From contig CAWLAZ010000001.1 in assembly GCA_963854955.1 (NCBI GenBank), positions 1-32,176 on the forward strand: a stretch of DNA of 32,176 bases. The letters run 5' to 3'. A model generated the notes under the pieces. That model was not told the DNA's origin. It saw nothing but the letters and a program-made list of their open reading frames with translations, and did no database searches. Every line of letters begins with the position of its first letter. Positions within the stretch are counted from its first letter, which is position 1. The translations under genes were made by a program, and so were the position numbers. This document shows positions 8,168 to 17,800 of the stretch, one piece after another. Source of the stretch: Phycisphaerae bacterium (GTDB lineage Bacteria > Planctomycetota > Phycisphaerae > Phycisphaerales > SM1A02).

Positions 8168-9391
8168 ATGGAAGACGGTTGCAACAAACAAAAACCTGAT
8201 TTAACCAGACTGCACCTGTGGCAAATTCAATGGGTGCGTGATTTATTTTTGTTGCTTATTATTGTTTGCGGCATTTGGCTTGGATACGCAATGCGGGATA
8301 TTACTATTCCTCTTCTTATTGCGCTTTTACTTGCGTATCTTTTTGAGCCATTGATTTCATTTCTGGCGAATCACCCAAAATTTCCACTTGGCAGAATTCC
8401 TGTCATTACAGGGATATTAGTCCTATTATCAACGGGAATTTTAGTTGTCCTTGCGGTGACCATTCCCTTGGTTATATCGCAGACATCATCACTGGTGCAT
8501 GAAGTGCAAGATGGACATTTGCGCACAAAATTAGAGCAACTTACGGCAAAATATGTACCCGAAGATATCCGCGAAGATGTTAAAAATTCAATTACATTTT
8601 TGCCTTCTGGAGTGCCAGCGGTCACGGCTACAAATTCTGAAACTAGTTCAAAAGCAAACATCACACCGCCAGAAAAAACAGATATTTTAAATTTCGCCAA
8701 AACAACTGGAGGGGTAGCGCTTGGTTTTGCAGGGAAAGTTATTAGTTTCGTTATTCTTATAGTTTTGATTCCTTTTTACTTTTTCTTTTTCAGTTTGTGG
8801 TTTCCGAAAGTCGTGAAATTTGCTCGAGGTGTAGTACCTGAACGAGGCAAAAACGACACGTTAGCCTTGCTTTCTAAAATGGATGGGGCAGTTGCGGGGT
8901 TTGTTCGTGGCCGAATTGTTATTGCCTTTATCATGGCCGTCCTGCTTGCGATTGGCTGGTTGATTGTTGGCGTTCCCTATGCAATTTTGCTTGGCATTGG
9001 CATTGGCGTTTTTTGTGCGGTGCCGTTTTTAGGATTGATTGGTATTCCGATCTCTGTTGGATTATTGTTTTTGGATCAACTTGGAGTCTCGGAAGCAGAG
9101 CGAATGGCTTGGTGGGGTATCATTGTTTGGCCAACATTGGTTTTTTCGATTGTTCAAGCTATAGATGGCTGGTTACTGACTCCATTGATTGCAGGCAAAG
9201 CGACGAATCTTGATCCGGTTACGATTTTTGTTGCCGTACTTGCTGGCGGTAGTGTGCTTGGTGCGTATGGAATGTTGCTTGCAATACCAGTTGCTGCATG
9301 TATCAAGATCCTTATCCAAGATCGATTGCTACCAAAAGTTCGATTGTGGGCTCGCGGCGAGGCCGACGACCCGCTGCCCTTCGACGATTAA
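8168..9391 (+). CDS. AI-2E family (PerM/UPF0118) transporter
   Basis: A 407-aa polytopic membrane protein whose helix pattern and C-terminal blocks (GVPYAILLGIGIGVFCAVPFLG, LTPLIAGKATNLDPVTIFVAVL) are typical of UPF0118 permeases. Confidence 0.8.
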   Translation: MEDGCNKQKPDLTRLHLWQIQWVRDLFLLLIIVCGIWLGYAMRDITIPLLIALLLAYLFEPLISFLANHPKFPLGRIPVITGILVLLSTGILVVLAVTIPLVISQTSSLVHEVQDGHLRTKLEQLTAKYVPEDIREDVKNSITFLPSGVPAVTATNSETSSKANITPPEKTDILNFAKTTGGVALGFAGKVISFVILIVLIPFYFFFFSLWFPKVVKFARGVVPERGKNDTLALLSKMDGAVAGFVRGRIVIAFIMAVLLAIGWLIVGVPYAILLGIGIGVFCAVPFLGLIGIPISVGLLFLDQLGVSEAERMAWWGIIVWPTLVFSIVQAIDGWLLTPLIAGKATNLDPVTIFVAVLAGGSVLGAYGMLLAIPVAACIKILIQDRLLPKVRLWARGEADDPLPFDD

Positions 9392-9483
9392 TCTACCCGC
9401 GGTAGATAAACCGCCAAGAGCAAAATAGTAACCCTAAGGACAATAAGCGATTCTGCGTGTTTTATCTACCGCGGGTAGATTAA
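9388..9483. repeat. perfect 23-bp inverted repeat pair flanking a 50-bp spacer
   Basis: TTAATCTACCCGCGGTAGATAAA at 9388-9410 is the exact reverse complement of 9461-9483. Each arm also folds on itself (7-bp stem ATCTACC/GGTAGAT). The element lies between convergent genes, and the left arm contains the stop codon of the AI-2E gene. Confidence 0.85.
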
Positions 9484-9512
9484 CTGCGGGTTGAGTGATC
9501 GAGCAAATAAAA

Positions 9513-10982
9513 TTAACGACGCTTGCGTTGCTTGAATTGTTTTTTGTGTGATTGGGTTTTTGTGGAACCACGAGTGCCCATACCAAGCATGGACGGGTCC
9601 AAATCGCCGCCTGCATTTTGCATGGCTGCCATTTTTTGCGTCATGCCACCACCCGACATTTGCTTAGACATTTTCTTCATCATTTGGAATTGTTTCACAA
9701 AACGATTAACTTCTTGTTGGTTTGTGCCCGAGCCAACGGCAATACGTTTGATTCGGCTTTTGCCAAGAAGTTTGATGTCTTCGCGTTCTTTTTTCGTCAT
9801 CGAACTTGCAATTGCTTCGATACGATCGAATTGTTTGTCGTCTACGTCGATGTTCTTAAGTGCTGCACCTACGCCTGGAATCATTCCAAGTATAGATTTA
9901 AAAGAACCCATTCGGCGAATTGATTTGAGTTGTTTTATGAAGTCATTGACATTCATCTTGCCACTCGCCATTTTATCGGCAAGTTTCATCGCGTCTTCTT
10001 CTGAAATTTCTTCTTGTGCTTTTTCGACAAGCGAAAGTACATCACCCATTCCAAGGATTCTGCTGGCTATTCTTTCAGGATGGAACTCTTCAAAGGCGTC
10101 GAATTTTTCGCCTGTACCAATGAACTTAATGGGCACGCCCGTGACTCGTTTTACAGAAAGTGCGGCGCCGCCTCGAGTGTCTGAATCAAACTTAGTAAGA
10201 ATTACACCGTCTGTTGCAAGTTGGTCGTGGAATGTACCTGCAGCGTTGACAGCATCTTGTCCAATCATCGCATCAACGACAAGATAGACTTGATGCGGAT
10301 TCGTGGTTTTTTGAATACCACGTAATTCCTTCATCAGCGCTTCATCTATGTGTAACCGACCAGCAGTATCAAGAATGACAACGTCGACTTTATCTTTTCG
10401 AGCTTGTTTAACTCCTTGTTTACAAACGCCAATAGCAACGCCCGTTGCTGTGCCATATTCGCCGCATTTATCTGGTTCTGCATAGCACGATACCTCGCCA
10501 AGACCTTTTGCGTTGTCGTTGACATCTTGTGCGATGACTTGCAATTGTTCTACAGCAGCAGGTCGTTGAAGGTCAGCTGCGACGAGCGAAACTTTTTTGC
10601 CACGATTTTTTAAGTATGCGGCGAGTTTTCCGCATGTAGTTGTTTTGCCAGAGCCCTGAAGGCCACACATCATGATAATGGTTGGCCCTGGGTCGACCAT
10701 CATGACATGGCTGTCGACAGGACCCATGAAATCAATGAGGCGTTGATTGACAATGCCAATCATCTCTTCACCTGGTTTCAGAGAAGTGGTTACTTGCGCG
10801 CCAAGCGCTTCTTGCACAACCTCTTCGCAAAATTCACTGACAACATCAACGTGCACGTCTGCCTCTAGCAGAGCGCGGCGAACTTCTTCCATCGCATCGC
10901 GGACGTTGGATTCGCTGATCTTTCCTCGACCAGAAAGGTTTCGGATAGCTGAAGTGAGTTTTCCTGAAAGTGTGTCAAACAT
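9513..10982 (-). CDS. ffh: signal recognition particle protein Ffh
   Basis: SRP GTPase motifs are present: GLQGSGKTTTCGKLA (G1), LDTAGR (G3), LTKFDSDTRGG (G4/G5). A Met-rich M domain and a basic tail follow. Confidence 0.97.
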   Translation of the reverse strand: MFDTLSGKLTSAIRNLSGRGKISESNVRDAMEEVRRALLEADVHVDVVSEFCEEVVQEALGAQVTTSLKPGEEMIGIVNQRLIDFMGPVDSHVMMVDPGPTIIMMCGLQGSGKTTTCGKLAAYLKNRGKKVSLVAADLQRPAAVEQLQVIAQDVNDNAKGLGEVSCYAEPDKCGEYGTATGVAIGVCKQGVKQARKDKVDVVILDTAGRLHIDEALMKELRGIQKTTNPHQVYLVVDAMIGQDAVNAAGTFHDQLATDGVILTKFDSDTRGGAALSVKRVTGVPIKFIGTGEKFDAFEEFHPERIASRILGMGDVLSLVEKAQEEISEEDAMKLADKMASGKMNVNDFIKQLKSIRRMGSFKSILGMIPGVGAALKNIDVDDKQFDRIEAIASSMTKKEREDIKLLGKSRIKRIAVGSGTNQQEVNRFVKQFQMMKKMSKQMSGGGMTQKMAAMQNAGGDLDPSMLGMGTRGSTKTQSHKKQFKQRKRR

Positions 10983-10997
10983 AAGTAGTAGAGTATT

Positions 10998-12689
10998 CTA
11001 GCAATTACGGGCGAGCCAAGTTTGCAGTGCGTGGTGGTCGAGGCAATTGATGCAATTTTTAGCCGTTAGCCAACCACGCCTTCCTGTGAGAATGCCGTAT
11101 CTAAGTTGTTCAAAATCCTCAGCACGGTGCGCATCCGTGTTGATAGCAAGCATACCGCCAGCCTCAACAGCGGCTCGAACGTGTATATCTCGTAGGTCCA
11201 GTCGGTAACTGTTTGCATTTATTTCAAGGGCAGTGTTGTGCTCTTTTGCAGCAGAGATAAGCGTGGGCATGTCGGGTTCCAAACCCTTGCGTTTATTGAT
11301 AATTCGACCAGTTGGATGTCCGATGATATGGACTAGGGGATGTTCAATTGCAAGAAGCAGCCGTTTTGTTGCCTCTTCTGTTGATTGTGTTAGAGCGGCA
11401 TGCGGCGAAGCAACAACGATATCAAGCATGGCAAGAAGTTCGTCATCGTAATCGAGCGAGCCGTCTGACAAAATATCTACTTCACTTCCAGCAAGAATGG
11501 TAATGCCTTCAATTGATTGGTTAACTGCATGAATGGCTTCTATGTGCTTGAGCATACGGTCGGGTTTTAATCCATTTGCCTGTGCCTGCGATTGGCTGTG
11601 GTCGGTGACAGCAATGGTGTGATAGCCAAGGCGCATTGCTTGTTGAGCAAGTTCTTCAATGGTCATTTTGCCATCGCTTGCAATTGTGTGGCAATGTAAA
11701 TCGCATTTGATATTTTCTATGGTGATAAGCGCAGGCGTTTCTGTACAACTTCCTTCGCCGCGGTCCTCTCTAATTTCAGGTGGAAGAAAAGGAAGACCAA
11801 GGTCGGCGTAGATTTCTTCTTCAGTTTCGCTGATATTAGTTGGTTCAAGACTATATTCGTTGAGTTTTTTGTTTTGGGCAATAGCAAGTTCACGCAATAA
11901 AATACAGTGCTCTTTACTGCCAGTGAAGTACAACAACGCTGCTCCAAACTTTTTGACATCAACAATTCGCAAATCGACTTGCATTCCAGAGGCAAGCCGA
12001 ACGCTGCACTTTGTTTCGCCGTGTGAAAATACTGTGGCAACATCTTCCAACGCACAAAAAGATTCAGCAAGAAGTTTAGGTTCAGTTGAAGATCCCAGAA
12101 TATCAATATCCCCAATGGTTTCTTTGCCTCGACGAAGTGACCCCGCAATAGCAATGTTTGTTACACCATCGAGTTGTTTAAGGGTGCAAAGAATAGATTC
12201 TGCAATCGGAAGTGCTATGCCTATTCTCGTACGATTTCCTGTTGTTTCAATGAAATTGAGTGATTCAGATATATTTTCAATTATTTTCCTCCCCATCCGC
12301 GGGAGGTTGTCAAGTTTTCCCGTTTCGATGGCGTTGCGGAGCGATGCAATGTCAATGACATCTGCCTCTTGCCAAAGTTGACGCACTTTTTTTGGGCCGA
12401 GCCCTTGCACGCGCATGACTTCAAGCAAGCCCACTGGTATGGAACTTCTTAGTTCTTCGTACGCCGAGATTTTTCCAGTGTCGATGTATTCTTGAATTTT
12501 CGTCGCGCTCGATTTTCCAACACCGGGTATGTCAGTAATTTTGTCGACAGTCGCAATATCTTCCACTAAATTTTCAAGAATGCGTGCGACCTTAACGGTT
12601 GCATTTACTTTGAATCCACTCTCGTCTTTAATTTCAAGGATAGTTGCCATTGCGGTAAATATTTTTGCTATATCAGTATTTGTTGACAT
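10998..12689 (-). CDS. polX: family X DNA polymerase with C-terminal PHP phosphoesterase domain
   Basis: It has helix-hairpin-helix motifs (GVGKSSATKI, GLGPKKVRQL), the nucleotidyltransferase block AGSLRRGKETIGDIDIL, and PHP motifs (DLHCHTIASDG, VTDHS, NTDAH). Its start overlaps the recG stop (TAATG). Confidence 0.9.
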   Translation of the reverse strand: MSTNTDIAKIFTAMATILEIKDESGFKVNATVKVARILENLVEDIATVDKITDIPGVGKSSATKIQEYIDTGKISAYEELRSSIPVGLLEVMRVQGLGPKKVRQLWQEADVIDIASLRNAIETGKLDNLPRMGRKIIENISESLNFIETTGNRTRIGIALPIAESILCTLKQLDGVTNIAIAGSLRRGKETIGDIDILGSSTEPKLLAESFCALEDVATVFSHGETKCSVRLASGMQVDLRIVDVKKFGAALLYFTGSKEHCILLRELAIAQNKKLNEYSLEPTNISETEEEIYADLGLPFLPPEIREDRGEGSCTETPALITIENIKCDLHCHTIASDGKMTIEELAQQAMRLGYHTIAVTDHSQSQAQANGLKPDRMLKHIEAIHAVNQSIEGITILAGSEVDILSDGSLDYDDELLAMLDIVVASPHAALTQSTEEATKRLLLAIEHPLVHIIGHPTGRIINKRKGLEPDMPTLISAAKEHNTALEINANSYRLDLRDIHVRAAVEAGGMLAINTDAHRAEDFEQLRYGILTGRRGWLTAKNCINCLDHHALQTWLARNC

Positions 12690-14830
12690 TAGGCAACATC
12701 TCCAAGTCCAAGTGCTTCGCCGTGTGTGTGCATCAATCTTGATTTAAGAAGTGGTGATTTTTGTAGCGTAGGATCACGTTTAATCCAATCGACAGCGCTT
12801 CTTCTGGCAAGTCTTAGTAATTCCAAATCTCTAGGTAATCGCGCAACTCTGAACGGAGCTATGCCGCTTTGTTTCGCCCCAAACAATTCGCCAGGCCCTC
12901 GAATTTCTAAATCACGTTCGGCAATCCTAAAACCATCGGTTGTTTCAACGATTGCCTCCAAACGAAGTTGCGCGTCTTCTGTTGTTGGGCTTGCTATCAA
13001 TGCGCATACTCCCGGAAGTACGCCTCGGCCAACTCGTCCCCGAAGTTGATGCAATTGCGCCAAGCCAAACCGGTCGGCGTGTTCGATAATCATCATCGTT
13101 GCATTGGCAACATCGACGCCAACTTCGATGACAGTCGTCGCAATGAGGACATCAATGTTGCCGTTCCGAAATTTTTCCATCGTGGCTTCGCGTTCGAGCG
13201 ATTTCATCCTGCCATGCAGTATGCCAATGGTTGCATCCTTGAGAAAACCATGTTGTAATGATTCAGCGTGCGCGACAGCGGACTTTAATTCTGATTGTGT
13301 TTCTTCAACAAGTGGAACCACGACGTATCCTTGTTGCCCTTTAGCAACAAGTTCCATGAGGTAGTGGTACACCTTATTTGCTTCGCTGGGTTGTACTAAG
13401 CGGGTGGTGATGGGTGATCTGCCTGGCGGTAATCCCTTGATAGTAGACACATCAAGGTCGCCAAAAATTGTGAGCGAAAGTGTTCTTGGAATTGGTGTTG
13501 CCGTCATCACCAGCGTGTGCGGAATGGCGAATGCGTCGTCGCCTTTGTTTCGTAATAACGCACGTTGATGTACGCCGAATCGATGTTGTTCATCCGTAAT
13601 TGCAACAGCGATGTTTGAAAAAACTACATCGTCGGTAAGTAGTGCATGCGTTCCCACAACGATATCAATTTCTCCGCTGCTTATTTTTCCAATGAGCGCT
13701 TTGCGCTCTTTGCCCGTGAGTGAACTGGTTAAAAGCGCTGTTTTTACGTGTGAACCTTCAAGCAAGTTTGAAATTATTTTGAAATGTTGTTCTGCAAGTA
13801 ACTCCGTGGGCGCCATCATTGCTGCTTGGGCGTTGCAAGTTACAGCCATAAGCATGGCGTGTAATGCGACGACTGTTTTGCCTGAACCAACATCACCTTG
13901 CAACAGGCGATTCATTGGTGTGGTTGACGTTACATCCTGCGCAATTTCTTCGATGACGTTCTGTTGTGATTCAGTAAGTACAAAGGGGATTCGTGCTTCA
14001 ATTCTGCTTTTTATATCTTCATTCCACACAAGTTGTGGCGCATGCATGGTGTCCCTTCGGTGGTGCCGTTTCATCATGACGCCAAGTTGTAAAATTAAAA
14101 GTTCGTCATACGCGATCCGTCTTCGACCTTCTTTTGCTTGCTCTTGTGTTTCGGGCTTATGGCACATGGAGTATGCATCAGCAAGTTTGGGCATAGATAA
14201 TTCGTGCAACATCTCGTCAGTCAAATGGTCATCTATTTCTGGAAGGGCGTCATCTAGAACATCAGAAACAAGTGATGCGATAACGCTTGATGAAATGTGT
14301 TCATTTGCACGGTATACAGGACGAAGATCACCTTCGATGGTCACGATAGGCTCGTCTTCATCTATTTCTTCCCAGCGTGGATTATTCATTTGCAAGAATC
14401 CCTTATGCATGGAAATTGAACCGTGCAATCGAATGTGCATGTCTGGATGAAGTGCTCGCGCTACCCATGGTTGGTTAAACCAGTTGATATGCATGCGCCC
14501 AGTTTCATCTTCAACCGCAGCTTCCAGTTTGCTTTTTCGTCCACGTCGCCAGCCAGGACTCACCTTACAAATGGTGACTTCAATGGTTACTAGTTCTGGC
14601 GATGTCTCGCGGTCGCCTAAAAGTTGCTCTGCGGCTTCGATGGTCATGCCGCCGTGGTGTGTTTCGTATCGTGTGGGAAGATGTTTGAGTAAATTCGATA
14701 CTCGGTAAATGCCAAGTTCATGCAATGCATCCTTCCGTGCTTGCGTCATCTTGGGCAAGTCCGAAATTGTTGTAAGAAGGTGTTTTTTTTCGTCTGTGTT
14801 CTGCATAACTTGACTTGAGCAGGATACCAT
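12689..14830 (-). CDS. recG: ATP-dependent DNA helicase RecG
   Basis: It has Walker A GDVGSGKT, the DEQH box (ITDEQHRFG), motif VI QLRGRVGRG, and a wedge/OB N-terminal region. The start is uncertain: ATG 14830 or ATG 14806 are plausible. The TTG at 14920 in the ORF track would overlap xseA. Confidence 0.92.
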   Translation of the reverse strand: MVSCSSQVMQNTDEKKHLLTTISDLPKMTQARKDALHELGIYRVSNLLKHLPTRYETHHGGMTIEAAEQLLGDRETSPELVTIEVTICKVSPGWRRGRKSKLEAAVEDETGRMHINWFNQPWVARALHPDMHIRLHGSISMHKGFLQMNNPRWEEIDEDEPIVTIEGDLRPVYRANEHISSSVIASLVSDVLDDALPEIDDHLTDEMLHELSMPKLADAYSMCHKPETQEQAKEGRRRIAYDELLILQLGVMMKRHHRRDTMHAPQLVWNEDIKSRIEARIPFVLTESQQNVIEEIAQDVTSTTPMNRLLQGDVGSGKTVVALHAMLMAVTCNAQAAMMAPTELLAEQHFKIISNLLEGSHVKTALLTSSLTGKERKALIGKISSGEIDIVVGTHALLTDDVVFSNIAVAITDEQHRFGVHQRALLRNKGDDAFAIPHTLVMTATPIPRTLSLTIFGDLDVSTIKGLPPGRSPITTRLVQPSEANKVYHYLMELVAKGQQGYVVVPLVEETQSELKSAVAHAESLQHGFLKDATIGILHGRMKSLEREATMEKFRNGNIDVLIATTVIEVGVDVANATMMIIEHADRFGLAQLHQLRGRVGRGVLPGVCALIASPTTEDAQLRLEAIVETTDGFRIAERDLEIRGPGELFGAKQSGIAPFRVARLPRDLELLRLARRSAVDWIKRDPTLQKSPLLKSRLMHTHGEALGLGDVA

Positions 14831-14882
14831 CACGTTCGTGCCAGACCTATTTTCAAACACAGAAAAATCAAAAGAGCCAACT

Positions 14883-16169
14883 ATGCCACCGAAGCCAGTC
14901 AGTGTTTCAGCATTGAGCAAACGAATTCACGATGCACTTGAAGGCGGACTTGGACGTGTCGATGTTGTTGGGCAGATTAATTCGCCAAAACTCGGAAATC
15001 ACTGGTATTTCACGCTTGCCGATGGCGATGCAAAAATAGATTGTGCTATGTGGGCTTCACGCGTGTCTGCTATGAAAAGTAGTGAATTTGAAGGCGGGAA
15101 ACCAAAACAAGGAGATATGGTCATTGTTCGAGGCACTGTTGGGCATTATCCGAAGTACGGGAAGACGCAGATGTATGTTGAACGTATGAAATCTGCGGGT
15201 GTCGAGAAGGGCTCTTTGCAACAAGCGTTCGATGCACTCGTCAAAGAGCTTCGCGATAAGGGATGGTTTGATCAAGTGCATAAAAAATCTTTGCCTACCT
15301 ATCCTCGAAAGATTGCCGTCATCACCAGCGCAAGTTCAGCTGCGGTGCGCGATGTTATAGAGACAGCAAGGCAACGGTGGACAGCGGTGGAGCTACTTAT
15401 AGTAAACGTTCCTGTGCAGGGAAACGCTGCGGTTCCTTCAATTGTTGAAGCACTGAAGCGAGTCGACGCAGTTGCAAAGAGGATGCAGATCGATGCAATC
15501 ATCGTTACGCGTGGTGGGGGTTCACTCGAAGAACTATGGTCGTTCAATGACCGTAGCGTTGTCGAAGCAGCGTTCCATTGCGCCACGCCTATTGTTGCAG
15601 CGATTGGGCATGAATCAGATACTTCCATTGTAGAACTTGTCGCGGACCTTCGCGCATCTACGCCAACGCAAGCGGCGATGGTATTGGTTCCAGATAAAGA
15701 TGAACTCATACAAATGGTGGATCATTATGCTGTTCGGCTTTCGAGCGTTGCGCAACGGTTAGTCGAACGGGGAGTCGCTAGTGTTCGGCACGTTTCATCC
15801 ACGCTTGATTCAAGTGCGATGGCGCAGGTATATAGTATGCGAACAAAAATTTCGGCTCTTTCTGAAGCATTAACAGCAAGAAGACCAGACGCGCTGGTGC
15901 AAAGACGGCACAAAAGACTGCTTACATTGGAGTCATCCTTACAAAAGCACGCACGAGAACGGGTTGCTCGAGCAAAAGCAAAAATCGACACGCTTCAAGG
16001 CAAATTAGAAGCAATTGATCCAAAAGTCGTGTTAAAACGCGGGTTTTCTTTGACTGAGGATGCCGACGGAAACCTTATTCGTAATCCTGGTGAGGTGAAA
16101 GAAGGGCAACAAATTCGAACGGTGCTTGCAGGCGGAACAATTGAGTCCACGGTAGAGTGCACAACATGA
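14883..16169 (+). CDS. xseA: exodeoxyribonuclease VII large subunit
   Basis: An N-terminal OB-fold (VSVSALSKRIHDALE...YFTLADG), the conserved TRGGGSLEELWSFND block and a long helical C-terminus are present. I prefer ATG 14883 over GTG 14838. Confidence 0.9.
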   Translation: MPPKPVSVSALSKRIHDALEGGLGRVDVVGQINSPKLGNHWYFTLADGDAKIDCAMWASRVSAMKSSEFEGGKPKQGDMVIVRGTVGHYPKYGKTQMYVERMKSAGVEKGSLQQAFDALVKELRDKGWFDQVHKKSLPTYPRKIAVITSASSAAVRDVIETARQRWTAVELLIVNVPVQGNAAVPSIVEALKRVDAVAKRMQIDAIIVTRGGGSLEELWSFNDRSVVEAAFHCATPIVAAIGHESDTSIVELVADLRASTPTQAAMVLVPDKDELIQMVDHYAVRLSSVAQRLVERGVASVRHVSSTLDSSAMAQVYSMRTKISALSEALTARRPDALVQRRHKRLLTLESSLQKHARERVARAKAKIDTLQGKLEAIDPKVVLKRGFSLTEDADGNLIRNPGEVKEGQQIRTVLAGGTIESTVECTT

Positions 16170-16381
16170 CGGACAAAACAAAGAAACCTGAAACGATAAC
16201 GTTTGAAGAAGCATCCAAAGAACTCGACGCTATCGTGAAGCGGATTGATGCTGGTGAAGCAGACTTAGAAGCAATGATGCAAGAACATGCTCGCGGGCAG
16301 TTGCTCGTGAAGCGTTGCAGAACTTTACTTGAAGAAGCAGAGCAACAACTAAAGACAATGGAAGTACAAGAACTCGAATAA
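16166..16381 (+). CDS. xseB: exodeoxyribonuclease VII small subunit
   Basis: FEEASKELDAIVKRIDAGEADLEAMM matches the XseB helix-turn-helix hairpin. The ATG at 16166 overlaps the xseA stop as ATGA. Confidence 0.85.
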   Translation: MTDKTKKPETITFEEASKELDAIVKRIDAGEADLEAMMQEHARGQLLVKRCRTLLEEAEQQLKTMEVQELE

Positions 16382-16387
16382 CCTTCA

Positions 16388-17800
16388 ATGTGGGAAAGGG
16401 CTCCCCTGAATTTGCTTGCAGTAAAAGAACTAACTATTGATCAACTTATGTTTAAGGCAGAAATGCTTGAGCATCTTCCTGCTGCAATTTTTGTGTTTGT
16501 ATTGGGCGCATGCGTGGGAAGTTTTTTGAATGTTCTTGTGTATCGATTGCCTCGGAACATTCCATTGCTTACCCCACCAAGTAGCTGTCCGAAGTGCGAC
16601 CACAAGCTTCGATTCTTCAGAGAAAACCTACCTATTATTGGATGGATTGCAATAGGTGGAAAGTGTAGGTATTGTAAAACGCCAGTTTCCATTGAGTATC
16701 CATTTATCGAGTTACTAACTGCGGTATTGTTTTTAGCCTGTTATATATTGTGTTATTGGGTATCACCCTCAACGCCATTTTTTGGAGAGGTCTTCGGAGA
16801 GTGGTGGCATGTGAATGGTATTTACCGATCGCTCCCAATGTTTATAGCGCTTGTGACGATGGTTTCTGGATTGCTTGCGATGACCATTATTGATGCGCGT
16901 ACATTCACCATACCAATTCAAATTCCAGTTTTTATGACGATTGTTGCAATGCTTGCAGCAGTGGCACAAGGTTGGATGACGATGCGGCACACGCCAAGCC
17001 AGATGTGGCCGTATCCAGCGATTGATTGGACTTGGGCTGGTGCCAGTTTTGGCGGGATGTTTGGTGTTCTATTGAGCACGGTGTTGTTGAAAATTCGTGT
17101 GTTTACATACAGTTTTGCAGATTACGATGAATACGTTCAAGAGGGAGAAGTGCTGGGTGAATACCCACATGCTCGTCGCGAAATGTGCAAGGAACTGCTT
17201 TTTGTGTTTCCTATTTTGGTTTGTTTTATCATTGGGTGGATGGCGGGGTACGAAAAAGGCATGCCTTCGTTGCTCATCCAAGGGGTTGCGGGGAGTATGC
17301 TTGGCTACCTAGTCGGCGGTGGTTTGGCATGGGGAGTTCGTATTTTTGGCACGCTCGGTTTTGGACGAGAGGCAATGGGGCTCGGGGATGTGCATTTACT
17401 TGCTGGGGTTGGTGCGGTTGTTGGTTGGTGGGATCCAATTTTAATCTTCTTTATCGCTCCTTTTAGTGGGCTCCTGCATGCGGGGGGTGCTGTGATTCTT
17501 GAGAAGATAGGTAAGAAGCAGAGCGAAATACCCTATGGACCGCACTTAGCGGTCGCCACATTGCTTGTTGTCTTCCTTCGACCTGGCATTAATTGGGTTT
17601 GGTCAATTGCAATGCCAGGCGTTTCGCAACCAATTACAGAAAAAATACAGACAAATCGTATGCAAGACGATTTGACTTATGGAGCAATACAGGTTTCAAT
17701 ACCTATAACACCACACGTCGTTGGATGCGACAAAGTGAAACAGGATGTTTCACTCGTATGTGGTTTTGAGTCCTCTGAAATGGAGAAAGGGCACGCATGA
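16388..17800 (+). CDS. A24-family prepilin peptidase / N-methyltransferase (expanded form)
   Basis: It has the zinc-binding pairs CPKC...CRYC. The first catalytic Asp context is MTIIDARTFTIP and the second is GLGDVHLLAG. At 470 aa it is longer than the usual 250-290 aa. Confidence 0.85.
   Translation: MWERAPLNLLAVKELTIDQLMFKAEMLEHLPAAIFVFVLGACVGSFLNVLVYRLPRNIPLLTPPSSCPKCDHKLRFFRENLPIIGWIAIGGKCRYCKTPVSIEYPFIELLTAVLFLACYILCYWVSPSTPFFGEVFGEWWHVNGIYRSLPMFIALVTMVSGLLAMTIIDARTFTIPIQIPVFMTIVAMLAAVAQGWMTMRHTPSQMWPYPAIDWTWAGASFGGMFGVLLSTVLLKIRVFTYSFADYDEYVQEGEVLGEYPHARREMCKELLFVFPILVCFIIGWMAGYEKGMPSLLIQGVAGSMLGYLVGGGLAWGVRIFGTLGFGREAMGLGDVHLLAGVGAVVGWWDPILIFFIAPFSGLLHAGGAVILEKIGKKQSEIPYGPHLAVATLLVVFLRPGINWVWSIAMPGVSQPITEKIQTNRMQDDLTYGAIQVSIPITPHVVGCDKVKQDVSLVCGFESSEMEKGHA

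Noticed and set aside
14783-14790. Homopolymeric A8/T8 tracts inside coding regions: recG 5' end at 14783-14790, the FlgI-like gene at 30680-30687, and the LysM gene at 24882-24889. These could be slipped-strand phase-variation sites.
   Set aside because: Each simply encodes Lys-Lys in frame. Eight nucleotides is short for efficient phase variation. These genes are housekeeping-type and there is no evidence of frameshifted alleles here.
14831-14920. A TTG-initiated extension of recG to 14920 that overlaps the xseA start. There is also a sigma54-like -24 element, CTGGCACGA, on the minus strand at 14836-14844.
   Set aside because: The extension uses a weak start and would overlap the divergent gene. 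RecG homology begins well downstream of it. The sigma54-like site lacks the -12 GC element at the required spacing (TGAT where TTGC is expected).
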